Of a stretch of 64,000 bases of DNA, positions 13,706 to 26,600 are shown piece after piece. Positions within the stretch are counted from its first letter, which is position 1. Each line of letters opens with the position of its first letter. The DNA lies in NCBI GenBank assembly GCA_964187785.1, contig OZ076409.1:19594001-19658000 (forward strand), given 5' to 3'. The position numbers were made by a program, and so were the translations under genes. Below the pieces are notes generated by a model that was given only the letters and a program-made list of their open reading frames with translations, did not search any database and was not told the origin of the DNA. The DNA is from Amphiscolops sp. MND2022. Taxonomy: Eukaryota.

Positions 13706-15626
13706 TGTGGAAATTTTAGTTTTTGGCGTCTGTAAGAATCCATTGCTTTTGCGCGAAGCCCAGACCACAGACAGAACTAAGTTAATCACGTTTTTAGACC
13801 GTCGGAATAGTGAAAACAGCTGAACAGGCTGACAATAGCATGCTTCGATTTGGCTTATTTGGCAAACTAGGTATTTACTTAGTAAACAAAAGTTCTCCGG
13901 CAAATTTATTGAGCTAGTGAGTGACGTCAGCGAATAAATTGTTCGAATTAGCTAAGTAAGAATCGACCGCTTCGAGCGAATTTTACTGAGTTTTTCTCCC
14001 GTACGAAACGGAGCCATGCTGGCAAAAACACCACCCTCACCTTTTTTCAGAAGGACTTATCCGATCGGGCTGAAATTTGGCATGCATTTACAAGAGGTGT
14101 TTACTCAACTTTCGACTCGGAGTACCCGACCTCGTACCTCCCACCAGGCTCGAGCTATTAGCACGGGAAGTGACCTAGGTCGACCCCCCTACGAACTTAT
14201 CGGCGAAACACGGAATAAGTCATATAGTATTTGGGATTGATAGCCCACATGATATTAGGCCGTTTGTGTATATTTTCGGAACCCTATGAGGAGCACAGAC
14301 CCTAACTAAATAAACCCCGAACGTTATGTAAATAGCCACCAGTTGACCCGAAGATCACGAAACTTACCCAAGAAGTTCACCTAGTAACCCTAGTATACAT
14401 GAAAGATACATTGATCGTCCCACCACGCGCGGAGTAAGGTTTGTGTAAGGCACGCGGGCCCGACCGATAAAAGACTTTTAACCTTGGCTTGTAATACGTC
14501 AAACGAACCGGAATGATCAATGTAGTCGATTACAAACAAGAATGAAGCCGTAATTGTAACCCATGCGGGGGTAACCGCCCTAAGTAAACAAACTATACGC
14601 ATGTCATGTAACTCGAAGACCATTGACCCTAGGACGATATAACTTGGCATGTAGCAACCTTAGATGACGACAAATTATTTCAAGGTCACCGATGGACCTC
14701 AAGGTCATTTTAGATGCAATCCCTGAACGTATAGAGAAACTTACGATAAAACTGATGTAAATCAGCATCCTTGGATGTAAATCAGCATCATTGCGTGATA
14801 ATTTATGCATTTCAGTCAGGTGAGAGAATTCGCAATGCACCGCGCTCAGAATAATAGAAAAGTACCCCTCACACGTGCAGAGCATGTAAATATTGTAATT
14901 GAAGGTCATTAAATTTTTTCTTCGATATTAAAAATATCCTGGTTGACTTGAACTATTATAGAAACGTGAACTTCGGACAAGATGTGAACTTTATGTCGTT
15001 GGCGACAAAGAATTTCTGGCCGAAATATAACTAGGGCGCTGTCATGCCATAAAAGGAATGGAGCTACATGAAGTCAGAAGCATGCAAATAAAAGAGCGAC
15101 ATCGAAACAACAAAAATGCGGGCGATGAACAATTATAATTGAGGCGGAGTTAGAACAGAACCGAGTTAGAAAGCTGGGATCAAGTTGAGTCTTGCGGAGA
15201 CAAGATTCTTGTTCGGAATAACACTCGCGCTTCTCAACTGAGTAAGAAAACTAGAAGAAAGTTGAGTCTCGCGGAGACAATAGACACTTCTAGAAGATTA
15301 CGTTGTCGCCAGTTCAGTAGATTTTCTGACAAGTCCGGGATTTGTGATAAACCTGTAGTTGGATGAATCGAATATTGTTTCTTCGATTGATGAATAGTAG
15401 TTAGACTGATTTGAATTACCCAGTGTTATTTTTGCGATAAAGAAGTGATTGTATTATTCCATTACTCGAAGTTTTTGGAAGACGCGAGCCGATACAGCAA
15501 ATCTGGAGCGAAAAATAGACAGTAACTTCAAGTGAATTGGCTAACTCACTAAAACAACTTTTCTTTCTGCTAAGCTTCCAATTGGAGGTAAAACTCTCTC
15601 CAAGCCATGAATTGGATTTTCTTACA
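13706..15626 (+). repeat. 3' LTR (1921 bp)
   Basis: Direct repeat of 6852-8802 with scattered substitutions and small indels. Confidence 0.92.
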
Positions 15627-16734
15627 GTCCCGAAGACATGAAAAACTAGACAAACAGCCGCTTCACTTTTATAACACTACAATGCTACACTCTAGAGTAC
15701 TAAAATTTAAAGAACCTATTTGACTACCGACACTTTTCAAAGCACTATCTGGTAAAATATTCGTTTTCCAAAAACGTCTCAGGTGCAAAGTCCATTTAAT
15801 TTTGACAAGGATCACAACAATATTTTTTGGTTCACTAGGATCACAACAAACATTTTTACGGAATATAACTGCATTTTGCATTCTTTGAAGGAGTAGTTTT
15901 TTTGAAAGGGTGTGTCAGCTTGTACTCGGTTCTCAGAAAAGGTTGCACTTCGAACGTTCCCACCCTCTGGTCGAGGGGTAATGGTAAATCTCTGTGATAA
16001 CAACGCCAGCATTGTTATTTTCCGACCCCACATTTTATAATTGGGGGAGGAAAATCATGATCTGTGATTCGTTTTTTTTTCAAAGTCTGCCAAAACTCCA
16101 CTTGTCTATCTCCTCTATCGCTAAGAAGGGGAGAAGCTAGCTTAGAAGCTAGAAGCTAGCTTAGAAGAATAATATCTAAAGTTAAAAAGAGATCAAGATC
16201 TAAAATTTCAGGACTGGAATAAGATCTAAAGGGAATAAGATCTAAAATCACTAAATTTTAGATCTTATTCTTTAGATCCTATTCCCACCCTCCCAAAATA
16301 GCTATGGCTCAGTTGGTGAAGGCGAAAAGGGCGGAAGTTATCCCGGTGCTTAGCGGGTGTCTTGTTTTAATTTCCCTGTTTCCCGCGGCAAATTTTTTTT
16401 GCATCCTAGTGTCATTTTGGGAATGCATTCTATGTTTAGTTTAGACTCTCGTATTTGATCATGTTTGCCCTCCAACTAAAATTAAAAACCATTGTAAATC
16501 TTCAATGTTTTGATGAAGTTCGCATGAATCTATGCTCCCGGCAGTTTTGAATAACGTTTCCATTGGGTAGCGCAAATGCAAAAGCTTCTGTCACGTGACG
16601 GTAAATGGACGGATTGCAGTATCGGTTATTTTTTATATTTCTAGGCAACGTTCTTGGGATAACTAGACGAACTGATGAAAGAAAATGAATCGAATGGTGA
16701 ATATCTTATAATTCCCCGTGCTGACAACCCAGGG

Positions 16735-16865
16735 CAACCCACCGGTGGCCACCGCACTTCCCATCCATCGTAGCCCCATCGGTGGCCACCGCGGTGGCCA
16801 TGACACATTTTGTGGTGGCCAGGGGTGGACCACCAGTGGCCAGGGGTGGACCACCGGTGGCCACC
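16735..16865. repeat. ggtggccacc short-repeat tract
   Basis: Repeated palindromic ggtggccacc and ggggtggaccacc units. Confidence 0.75.
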
Positions 16866-16879
16866 ACAAAATGGCTTAT

Positions 16880-17410
16880 TACTGGAAAAACCACAGGATT
16901 AAGTTCTAGAATTATCGAAATACAACTGGAATAAGATCTAAAATTGCCGAAAAAACCACTGGAATCAGATCTTAACTCACTGGATAACCACTGGAATAAG
17001 ATCTAAAAGTACCGAAAAAACACTGAAATGAGATTTTAAATCACTGGAAAACCCACTGGAATAGTCTGGAATAGTCTAAAATTACCAAAAATAACACTGG
17101 AACAAGATCTAAACTCACTAAATAAAACAATGATCTAAGTCTAAAATTACAAATAAAACACTGGAACAAGATCTAAAATCACTGAAAAAACCACTGGTTT
17201 AAATCTAAATTTACAGAAAAAAAAACCACTGGATTAAGATGTAAAATCATTGAAAAAGTCACTGGTTTAAATCAAAAATTACCAAAAAAAAACCACTGGA
17301 ATAAGATTTTAACTCACTGGATAACCATTGGGATAAGATATAAAAGTACCGAAAAAACACTGAAATGAGATCTAAAATCACTGGAAAACCAACTGGAATA
17401 CGTCTAGAAG
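16880..17410. repeat. ~30-bp degenerate tandem repeat
   Basis: Recurring ccactggaataagatctaaaat unit; a related motif occurs at 16170-16285. Confidence 0.8.
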
Positions 17411-17415
17411 TACCA

Positions 17416-20400
17416 CCAAGACGAGAACGTCTAAAGTCGGCGCCATATCTAAGGCTCAAAAAGCGCAGTTTCCAAAGTATGCGTAGGATGTTTTCATCAA
17501 AAACTCTCGTTTTCAAACCTCCGCCCCTCCTTAGTAAATAGCAATAAAGTTCGGATAAACTGTAACGGCAATTTTTTCTTTGCAAAAAAAGTCGCATAGT
17601 GCCGAAAATGTAAAAGAGGGACCGCTCTGGATTTAACATACATTCCGTTGCTAAATCAAACAAGACGGGATCGTCTCAAGTCGGCGCCATATCTAAGGCT
17701 CGAAAATATTCAAAGAACAACTATTGGAAACATTTGGAAAAATTATTTTCAAAAATTTTTTTTTTGAATTTTTTTTTCGAAAAAAAGTATTTTTTTAGAA
17801 AGTCGCACAATGCCGAAAAACTCAAAAAGAGGCCATTCAGGCTCATTAAACGTTTTTACAAACCGAAAACTTCAAAAAAATGCAAGGGGTCCACCCTTTG
17901 ATAGAATCCGAAAATTTTCGAAAAAGAAGTCGCATAGTGCCGAAAAAAACCCAAAGGAGGGACCCTTTGGTCTCACCTGCTGTACTTTTGGAAGCATAAA
18001 AATATTATGGTTTAGTGCGAGAATCGAACCCCCGCTCTCCGGCTTCAGAAATTTAGTCGAAGATGAACAACAGAACAGATGAACAAATTGTAAAAAGTGG
18101 ACCATTCAGAGTGAGATTGTAGGCTGAAAAAGAAAAAAAACTACCCACTGTAATAGTCGGGCTTTTTTCCTTAAGGGAAAAGGCGCCGACTAAAAACTCG
18201 AAGGGGGACCCTTTGGGTACAATAAAAAATTTCCGAAAAAAAGTCGCACAGTGCCAAAAAAATCCAAATGGGGGACCCTTTGGGCACGTCTGGTTTTGTA
18301 GGTTTCCTTGAAAAAGTAAAGAATGAAAGAGGACCCTTTGGATTAAGTTTGCCTTGGTGGGACTTGGCCTTAGGTGGTTTCAGGATTGTTTCTAAAAAGT
18401 GGACCGATCAGTGTGAGGATTGTAGTCTGAAGAAACAAGACGGGAACGTCTAAAGTCGGCGCTACATCTAAGGCTCAAAAAGCGCAAAACATTTTTTTTG
18501 GAAAAATATCTTGAAATTTTTGAAAAATTTTTTCTTTAGGAAAATGTCGCACAGTGCCAAAAAATGTAAAAGGGGGACTCTTTTTGATTTATAAACTTGC
18601 ATTCTGTTGCAGAATAACAAAAAACTCAAAGGGGGGACCCTTTGGGGACGTTAAAAATTTTCGAAAAAAAGTTGCACAGTGCCGAAAAAAAAATCAAAAA
18701 GGGGGCCCCTTTAGTCTCGGCCGGTTTTTTAGGTTACCTTGAAAAAGTAAAAAATGAAAGGAAGGACCCTTTGCACTCAGTTTGCCTTGGACGGACTGGG
18801 CGCCTTAGGTGGTTTCACGATTGCTTCTAAATAGTGGACCGATCAGTGTGAGGATTGTAGTCTGAAGAAACAAGCCGGAAACGGCCAAGTCGGCGCCAAA
18901 TCTAATGCTCAAAAATAGCAAAAGGACTTCAAAATGTTAAAGTATTCTCTTTTACAGCACCCGAAAAACCCAAAAGTTGAACCGAATTGGCGCACCAGAG
19001 GGGACACTTTGAGATTTTTCATCCATTCTGTGGCAAATCATCAAAAAAAATTGGAGGGGCACTTTCGGTGAAAATTTTTTTTGAAAAAAGTCTCACAATG
19101 CCGAAAAAACTGAAAACTCTGTTTTGTCGGAAAACTCCAAAATAATTGAAGGGGGGACCCTTTGGGGAAATTTTTTTTTCAAAAAAAATTCTCACAGAGC
19201 CGAAAATACTCTAAGGGAGTACCCTTTGGTCCCTTTGAGTTTCTTAGATGATGTTAAGATACTACTTCGCAAGCTTTTGCGCCATTATTTCAAATTTGCT
19301 AAGTAAGAATTGTAAGATTTTAAGATTGTAAGAATTGTAAGAAAAGTGGACCGATCATTGTGAGGATTGTAGTCTGAAGAAAAAAAACAGTCACTGCTTT
19401 AGTCGGGCATTTTTCCCTTAATGGAAAAGCGCCGACTAAAAACAAGCCGGGATCGGCCCAAGTCGGCGCCATATCTAAGGCTCAAAAATACCAAAAGGAC
19501 TTCAAAATGTCAAACTACTGGTGAATTGGGGACTCTTTCATGGAATTTTTTTCAGAAAAAGTCTCACAATGCCAAAAAAACTGAAAGGGGGGACCATTTG
19601 GGATTTTTCAAAATCCATTCTGTCCAAAAAAATCAAAAAATTGAAGGTGGGACCCTTCGGTGAAAAAATTTTTTCGAAAAAAAAGTCTCACAGAGCCGAA
19701 AATACTCTTTGGTCCCGTTGAGTTTCTTAAATGACATAAAAATACTACTTCGTAAGCTAAGAATTGTAAGAAATTAAGAAATTGAGAAATTGTAAGATTG
19801 TAAGAATTGTAAGAAAAGTGGACCATTCAGAGTGAGATTGTCAGCTGAAAAAGAAAAAAAGATAAGTGACAGCTATAGTCGGGCATTTTTCCCTTAAAGG
19901 AAAAGCGCTGACTAAAAAACAGTCACTGCTATAGTCGGGCATTTTTCCCTTAAAGGAAAAGCGCCGACTAAAAAACAGTAACTGCTATAGTCGGGAATTT
20001 TTCCCTTTAAGGAAAAGCGCCGACTAAAAAAGCACTTGAATAAAATCTAAAATCACCAAAAAACCACTAGTGTTTAAAATTCCGGCAAAAAACTCACAGA
20101 GCAGAAAATACTCTAAGGGAGTACCCTTTGGTCCCTTTGAGTTTCTTAGATGATGTAAAAATTTTGCGCCAGTATTTCAAATTTGCTAAGTAAGAATTAT
20201 AAGATTTTAAGATTGTAAGAATTGTAAGAAAAGTGGACCGATCAGTGTGAGGATTGTAGTCTGAAGAAAAACAACAGTCACTGCTATAGTCGGGCATTTT
20301 TCTCTTAATGGAAAAGCGCCGACTAAAATCAAGCCGGGATCGGCCCAAGTCGGCGCCATATCTAAGGCTCAAAAATACCAAAAGGACTTCAAAATGTCAA

Positions 20401-20925
20401 ACTATTGGTGAATTGGGGACCCTTTTATGGAATTTTTTTTCAAAAAAAAGTCTCACAATGCCGAAAAAAACACAAAGGGGGGACCATTTGGGATTTTTCA
20501 AAATCCATTCTGTCCAAAAATATCAAAAAATTGAAGGTGGGACCCTTCGGTGAAAATTTTTTTTTTCGAAAAAAAAGTCTCACAGAGCCGAAAATACTCT
20601 TTGGCCCCGTTGAGTTTCTTAAATGATATAAAAATACTACTTCGTAAGCTAAGAATTGTAAGAAATTGAGAAATTGAGAAATTGTAAGATTGTAAGAATT
20701 GTAAGAAAAGTGGACCATTCAGAGTGAGATTGTCAGCTGAAAAAGAAAATAAAGATAAGTCACAGCTATAGTCGGGCATTTTTCCCTTAAAGGAAAAGCG
20801 CCGACTAAAAAACAGTCACTGCTATAGTCGGGCATTTTTCCCTTAAAGGAAAAGCGCCGACTAAAAAACAGTAACTGCTATAGTCGGGAATTTTTCCCTT
20901 TAAGGAAAAGCGCCGACTAAAAAAG
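17416..20925 (-). mobile_element. Cluster of nested and tandem HINE elements
   Basis: caag..ggaacg....agtcggcgccatatctaaggctc ends at ~17418, 17660, 18436, 18870, 19441 and 20330. Hairpin ends agtcggg..ttttcc..ggaaaa..gcgccgactaaaa at ~18155, 19400, 19875-20030, 20287 and 20768-20925. Confidence 0.75.
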
Positions 20926-20987
20926 CACTTGAATAAAATCTAAAATCACCAAAAAACCACTAGTGTTTAAAATTCCGGCAAAAAACT
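19187..20987. repeat. ~900-bp tandem duplication
   Basis: 19187-20092 is repeated at 20093-20987; the junction is at aaaaaactcacaga. Confidence 0.85.
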
Positions 20988-21400
20988 CCAACAAAACGAA
21001 GTTATCGTTATGCATGTGGATTCTCGTTGTCTCTTCTTGAGGCGCTTTCAGGTAATTCAAGCTAGGTGACAAAGGACAATTCTTGTCACCTCACTTTACC
21101 ATTGGCTAACATGGAAAGGTGTTAGTTATAAGTCACGTGACTACACATAATTTCACCGCAAGATACACTGAAACGCATGATATTTGCGGGCTGCTTAATG
21201 TATGTTGTATAATTTATCGCAATTCCATCGCACCTATGAATCATCCAAATAATAATTGACTATTACAAATAATTAAATGGAAAGGTTACGATGAATTTAC
21301 GATAAAACGAAGCAATTAGTCATGATGAAATTGAATGAAATACGTTTTGTATCTATTTCTTGTTTTGATTGCTCGCAGAGTTTAACAGAACAGATAGTTA

Positions 21401-21714
21401 GGATCTCTTTCACTATGTCCCCCCCTATATCACTTGTTACACTATGTCCCCCCTAGAGAAAAGAAATGTTTGTGGCTCATTTATATTTATCTCCTATTGG
21501 CTAATTTCTCATGCTATTCTGTCAATCAATTGATGTCGTCATAACTAACGACACTCTTTATTGGTTCTTATTATCAAAATCCCCACTCAGCCAATCAGAA
21601 GCGTTGTTAGATACGAGCAGATCTGCGCTATTAGAATGTGCAATACATGTATTTAATAGCGTTTCACTATGTCCCCCCTTTTTGCTGTAGGGGGGGATAT
21701 AGTGAAAGAGATCC
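21401..21714. mobile_element. MITE with GGATC termini and 8-bp TSD
   Basis: TIR ggatctctttcactat(g/a)tcccccc; perfect TSD gatagtta; a second, inverted copy lies at 53768-54077. Confidence 0.92.
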
Positions 21715-21731
21715 GATAGTTATTTAGCAAT

Positions 21732-22759
21732 TGTCGGAACGTGCATCAAGTTCATTTGATGTGGTAATGTTAGGGGCGTTCCCTTCTCTATCATTAGAGG
21801 ATGACTTTTCATTAGACGATATTTTCTCGGTTAGAGCTAGAACTAGATTCGTCAGTTCACTTATTTGTCTGTTCATTTCCGTAAATCTCTGATTTACGGC
21901 TTGACGTTCTGACTCGCCACTGAAATCCAACAGATTTCCATTGTCGAACTCGTTTATTTGTTCTCTCGTGAGAACTTCAGGGACACTACTTTCACTTTCG
22001 GTATCGCTATGTCGGTCAGGTCGGCACATGTGCGTTCGCTGGTTTTCTGCCACTTGAGATCTGGTATTGACCATTTTGAAGAGATATTGGGTTTTTGAGG
22101 TTTTATTGAGTAATTGAGAGAATGGTTAAGTATTCTAGTGATGAAATTATATCAAACTGAGAGGTACGTATTTAGCAAACTGTTCGTCAAACTATCGCAA
22201 AATCTACTGATGGTACAATTTCACTTGGTAGCAATTATGGCGACGTTGGTCACGTGACCACATCAACCAATCACATCGCTATTTTCGTTCGCACCTTTGT
22301 TAGTAATCGCGCAATATTGTCGCAGCACCAAAATGAAATGTAGTTACGTTGCTATGGTTGCATGACTCAATTTGTATAATGATGTGGTTGCACTACTAGC
22401 ATCATATATGTGAATGGTTAATGTATATAATTGTTTACAGGACTGACTGCACTGAAACGAAATCTGATGATGGCGTATCAGCCACATTACTTTCACTTCT
22501 AATTAAAATTCACGAAATTAATTTAAATGACATACGTAACTAATGTGTGAAATATGGGGGATAATAGTAAAGTTATTTAGGGACTGAATAGAAATGATGC
22601 TTTTTAGCAGATTCTAGTTCGAGTTTTATGATGTGGTTGACTTCACCACATTCTTTCCTTTCATCATCATCCTTTTACTGTTTGCATTTGTTTTGAGCTC
22701 AGGTATGCAGGATGGTTGACCACATCCTTGTTTGATATTTTCATGCGTCAGGCATGACA
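21732..22759 (-). repeat. 3' LTR (1028 bp)
   Basis: Matches 35548-36575 apart from about 3 substitutions seen by eye. Confidence 0.97.
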
Positions 22760-22776
22760 CTCCGGGTCTTTTTTTT
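22760..22776 (-). promoter_or_regulatory. Imperfect polypurine tract
   Basis: Minus-strand AAAAAAAAGACCCGGAG lies directly before the 3' LTR. Confidence 0.6.
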
Positions 22777-23693
22777 GAAAGAGAACGTGTGGTTGGAATG
22801 GTGAATTGTCTCGTTCGGTTGGTTGGAAGATCGGATGCGGCATGCTAGTTAGCAAAGTTGGAATTGCTGTATTCGTTAATTGGATTGAGTGCTCGTGTTG
22901 TTATAGCGACCACATTAGTAGTGGCGAGTTGACTTTGTGGTTGGAAATAGACAGTGATGTTGTTATAGCAACCACATTGACAGCGGCGGATTGATTTCGT
23001 TGCAGGAAATTGTCGGTTTGATTTCCGCTAGCTGCTAGTTCGTCTCGGTTCGGCAATCGAGAGGAAGAAAACTGAAAGTCGCGTGTTGACTGATCCACTT
23101 CGGTAGAGAGTAAATGTAGAGTCGATGTGGCGAGAATAGCCACGTCATCCAAGCGTGCGCGTTGTTTGCAGAGAGAGAGATAGCGTAAGAATGACTTTGC
23201 CGGAAATCAATAACGTGGCAGCGTAATATAATTACTCGGCTTATTCGGTAACTGTTCGGAAGTAAGATGCAGTGGAAATGTCGTGCGCTTCGTAAACAAA
23301 TCTTCGTCGATGCCAAAACCGAGAAACAAATCTTTCTCCATTATATTCATTGGTGCGATTCTTCAGCAGTTCAGTTCGGCCGCGGCTTACTGAGTGACTG
23401 TATCAACTAAGCAAGTAGGCTATAGATAGGATAAGCCAGGGAGTCGTGTTGTGATTTTGACAAATTTTTCGGGTAGGTGTTGACCGTTTTAGAGGAAATA
23501 TTAGTAGACGGGTGACGGGAATTCGGTTGTCCCTTTGAAATTTTCGGGTAGTAACTTTGCATAGATAATGTGGGTGATCAGGCCACATGATCCTTAGAAG
23601 TTAATTTGAATCTCAGTAAATCGCAAACGACTGCATGCTTCCAGATTGTTAGCCTTGATTTTATTCTTTTCAGACTTGCTTTTTATTGCCGTT

Positions 23694-26600
23694 ATGAGTT
23701 CAACGCCTCAAGTGGAGACGTCTCAGGCTGCGACTGATGTGGCTTCTGTTGTGTTAGCTGCGGAGGGAGTGTTCACTGAGTTGGCACAGTTAAGTTTTTC
23801 TTCGGTGGGCAGTGAATTAACAGCTGCTGTGGAGGAGACTCTGTCAGGAGAGCGTCTAGGAAATTGTTGCCGTTTCGCTGGGAAAGTGACTGCTGCCAAT
23901 AAAGAAGTAGCCAACACGTTATTAGAGATCGCTCTATCGAGTGAATTCCGTGAGTACCCTCAATTTCCAATATTTCGTTGTTCTTTTTCTTTTCGAAGTA
24001 GTAACCAGGGGAGGTTATCTTCCTTCAGAGCATCCTGAATTATGATATGCTAGTATGTGGTTTGCACGGTACTGGCTTGTGGCATGTACTTCCCGGGATC
24101 AAATGCTCTGGGTAACTGATGTGGTAGCAAATTAGGCATTATTGTGCTTTTAGAAGAATTGTCACTCGTAGAGATTGTGAGTTTGCTCCGGAGACTGTTA
24201 GCTTCGAAACGGAGTATTGCTGCCAGTGGTGCTACTGAACTAACTGCTGTGGAGGATCGGCTCAGTTCTGTCCTCGGTGATGAGCGAGGTACGTAGTTGA
24301 TTGTTATCCATTAGGTTGAATATACTTCCAGTCGTAGTTCACTGTTAGGATTGGCGGTATCTTGCATGTAGAATGGTGCACAGCATATGGTCAAAATTAA
24401 GTTGTGTTGTAGGGACTGTTACAGGCTTGCCTGTAACTATTGCTGAGTTGGAGTCATCCTTTCAGCGGATGACGAAAGAATTGGCAGAGACTGTCAAAGC
24501 GATTGTCGATTCCAAAATGGGCGGGCTGGGATCAGTCTGTGCGTTGTCCGTCGAGGAGTTCATCGGAAAGTTGAAAACAGCAATGGAGCACTTGGCTGCG
24601 TCTTCTGTGCCTGGTGGATCTGTCGAGCAAGCTGTGACAAGTGTGCCGTCAGTGCGGTTGGAAGCACCCGGGAGTCCTTTGGATGCCAGTAGTTCACGAT
24701 CTGTCAGCTTGAGTCAAGTGTCCGATGTTCCGACTGCTTTCGCTTGTGTCCGTTCAGTGGCTTCGAAAGAGGAGGGTATCTCCACATCCGCTACTGCTAA
24801 ACCTGGTAAGAAATCTCAGAAGATCATGGGAGGGGTTTTAGTATTAGCACTTAGGTTAAGGATTACGATTTACGACACAAGTTTTTTTTTGGAGTTTGCT
24901 GTTTTCTATTGTAGGTCGCAATAAGAAAGTGAAGACGTTGAAGCCGGCCTATTTCGTTTCTGGTGTGGTGGGGACCTTTGTTGGTTTCCCACGACATAAG
25001 CGCGTAGTCGACGGGTATGCCAGGTGCCTGTTGTACAAAGTCGACCTCAGCATTGCCGGACGTGGTTTGTCTTCCTTGTGGGAGCATTGGCGGGGTGTAG
25101 AACATACCCGTGTGGAGCAGAAGTTTCGCATCATGATGCAGATGCCGTTACTTGATAAGGCCTGTCGGCCAGTGTCAGCAGAAGAAGACAGACGGATTCG
25201 GCGAGCACGGATGTCTGAACCGCCTGTGTTTTTGGAGTCAGAGCTGAGTCTCAGTGTTGATGAGAGGGTTGCCATTGAAGAGGCTGAAGCGGTTGCTGGA
25301 GGAAAACCTGTTTTGGGCGAGGAGAGCGTTTCATTCCTGTGGTCGAGCCAATTTGTGAGCAGTTTCTGTAGTACTACCACATTCAGAGATGTGATGCAAA
25401 TGGTGGAGTCGCGGCGGGACACCATGAATACGGAACTGCGTGTTGAGTGCCGCACCTCAACCTACACACGATGTAAGGTATGTATCTACATAAGTTCATG
25501 TCGATTTCTGTTTGTGTGTGATGAGGTCATCTAAGGGTTGTGGCTGTATGTTTGGGTGTGCAACTATGCGGCTATAGTTGAAATTGTGCAGAAAGAGGTT
25601 GATTTTTTTTGTTTACAGAGTTTGGTTCACTATGGATTGTATCGGTTCGTCGTGGAGCAGTTAGATGAACTGATAGCTCGTGGTAAAGGCGCGAGTGTCA
25701 GTATCCGACGACATGAAGCAGATTGGTTGTGTGAGTGTCATGTGGTGTGCGACTACGCTGTGAAAACAATCGTTCTTGGTGTGGTGGTCGGCGGGACCGG
25801 CTGGGAGAAGCGAATGCTCGATACTGTTGTTCCGGTGTTGTTGAGTCTGCCACATGCTTCTTCTATGAGTGCGTACAGCACGGAGTCAGATACCTGCATT
25901 GGATACGCGCTAGCAGCTTCAGTCGGGATCGTTGACCCTTTGGTTGTGGGTCGAGTGACGCAAGTGTGGTTGTTTGACCTTTTTAGGAAGCACTTTCTTG
26001 CTGAGTTCGTGGGTCTGGATCCCCTCAGCGTTCTGGACTATTTGCGTGTTCGACTAGCCTCCGTGGTGCAGGAGAGAGTTCTGGATCGTTTGCCTCGTTT
26101 GAAACAAGTGAGTATTTTGAACTATACATGTATAGTATGTGGTATATCAAAGGACATTTGATCCAATTTTTTTTGGAGAGGAGGTGTTACTTTGCGGGGT
26201 CTACTTATTTTTCTTGCGTGGATGTTTCTTTTGTTGTTAAAGTTTATACTAGTCGAAGGAAGTGATGTGGTTTCGTTGGCTGCTTTGTGTGCAGAAGTTG
26301 TCGAATACTGGAACGACCTTGCAGTCTATTTTGGAACTCATCGCCCCCATGTGACTTCTGAGTTGCGCCTGGTGACTCCGCTTGAGGGGCAGGTATTCGA
26401 CGATGCCATGATGCGCCCTCGTTTTGCCGTTCTACGTTTCATTTTGGATTTGTGTTAGTATGGTTTTTTTGTAATTGAGTTCAGCTAGGATGTTGGTGGC
26501 TTTTGTCGACTTAACTCTTTATCCCCCCTTTTTTTTAAATGGTACGTTCAAACTAATTATGAGCATGGGTTAACGTGTGTTGCGTTATGTTTACAGTGGC

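Larger units (their letters stand above)
6852..15626 (+). mobile_element. Non-autonomous or degenerate LTR retrotransposon with ~1.95-kb LTRs
   Basis: TG..CA LTRs at 6852-8802 and 13706-15626; PBS at 8804; PPT at 13694-13705; TSD gtacc / gtccc (4/5 match); gag-like ORF; no intact RT or IN. Confidence 0.9.

Noticed and set aside
16880..20990. Regularly spaced repeats resembling a CRISPR array; K/F-rich ORFs
   Set aside because: The units are degenerate, there are no unique spacers or cas genes, and the context is eukaryotic. The ORFs arise from A/T-run repeat sequence.
21724..22074. Second gag start, suggesting a tandem second element sharing a ~425-bp LTR
   Set aside because: The repeat ends exactly at TGTC/GACA with a GCAAT TSD and is followed by a PBS in the other copy, so it is part of a 1028-bp LTR.
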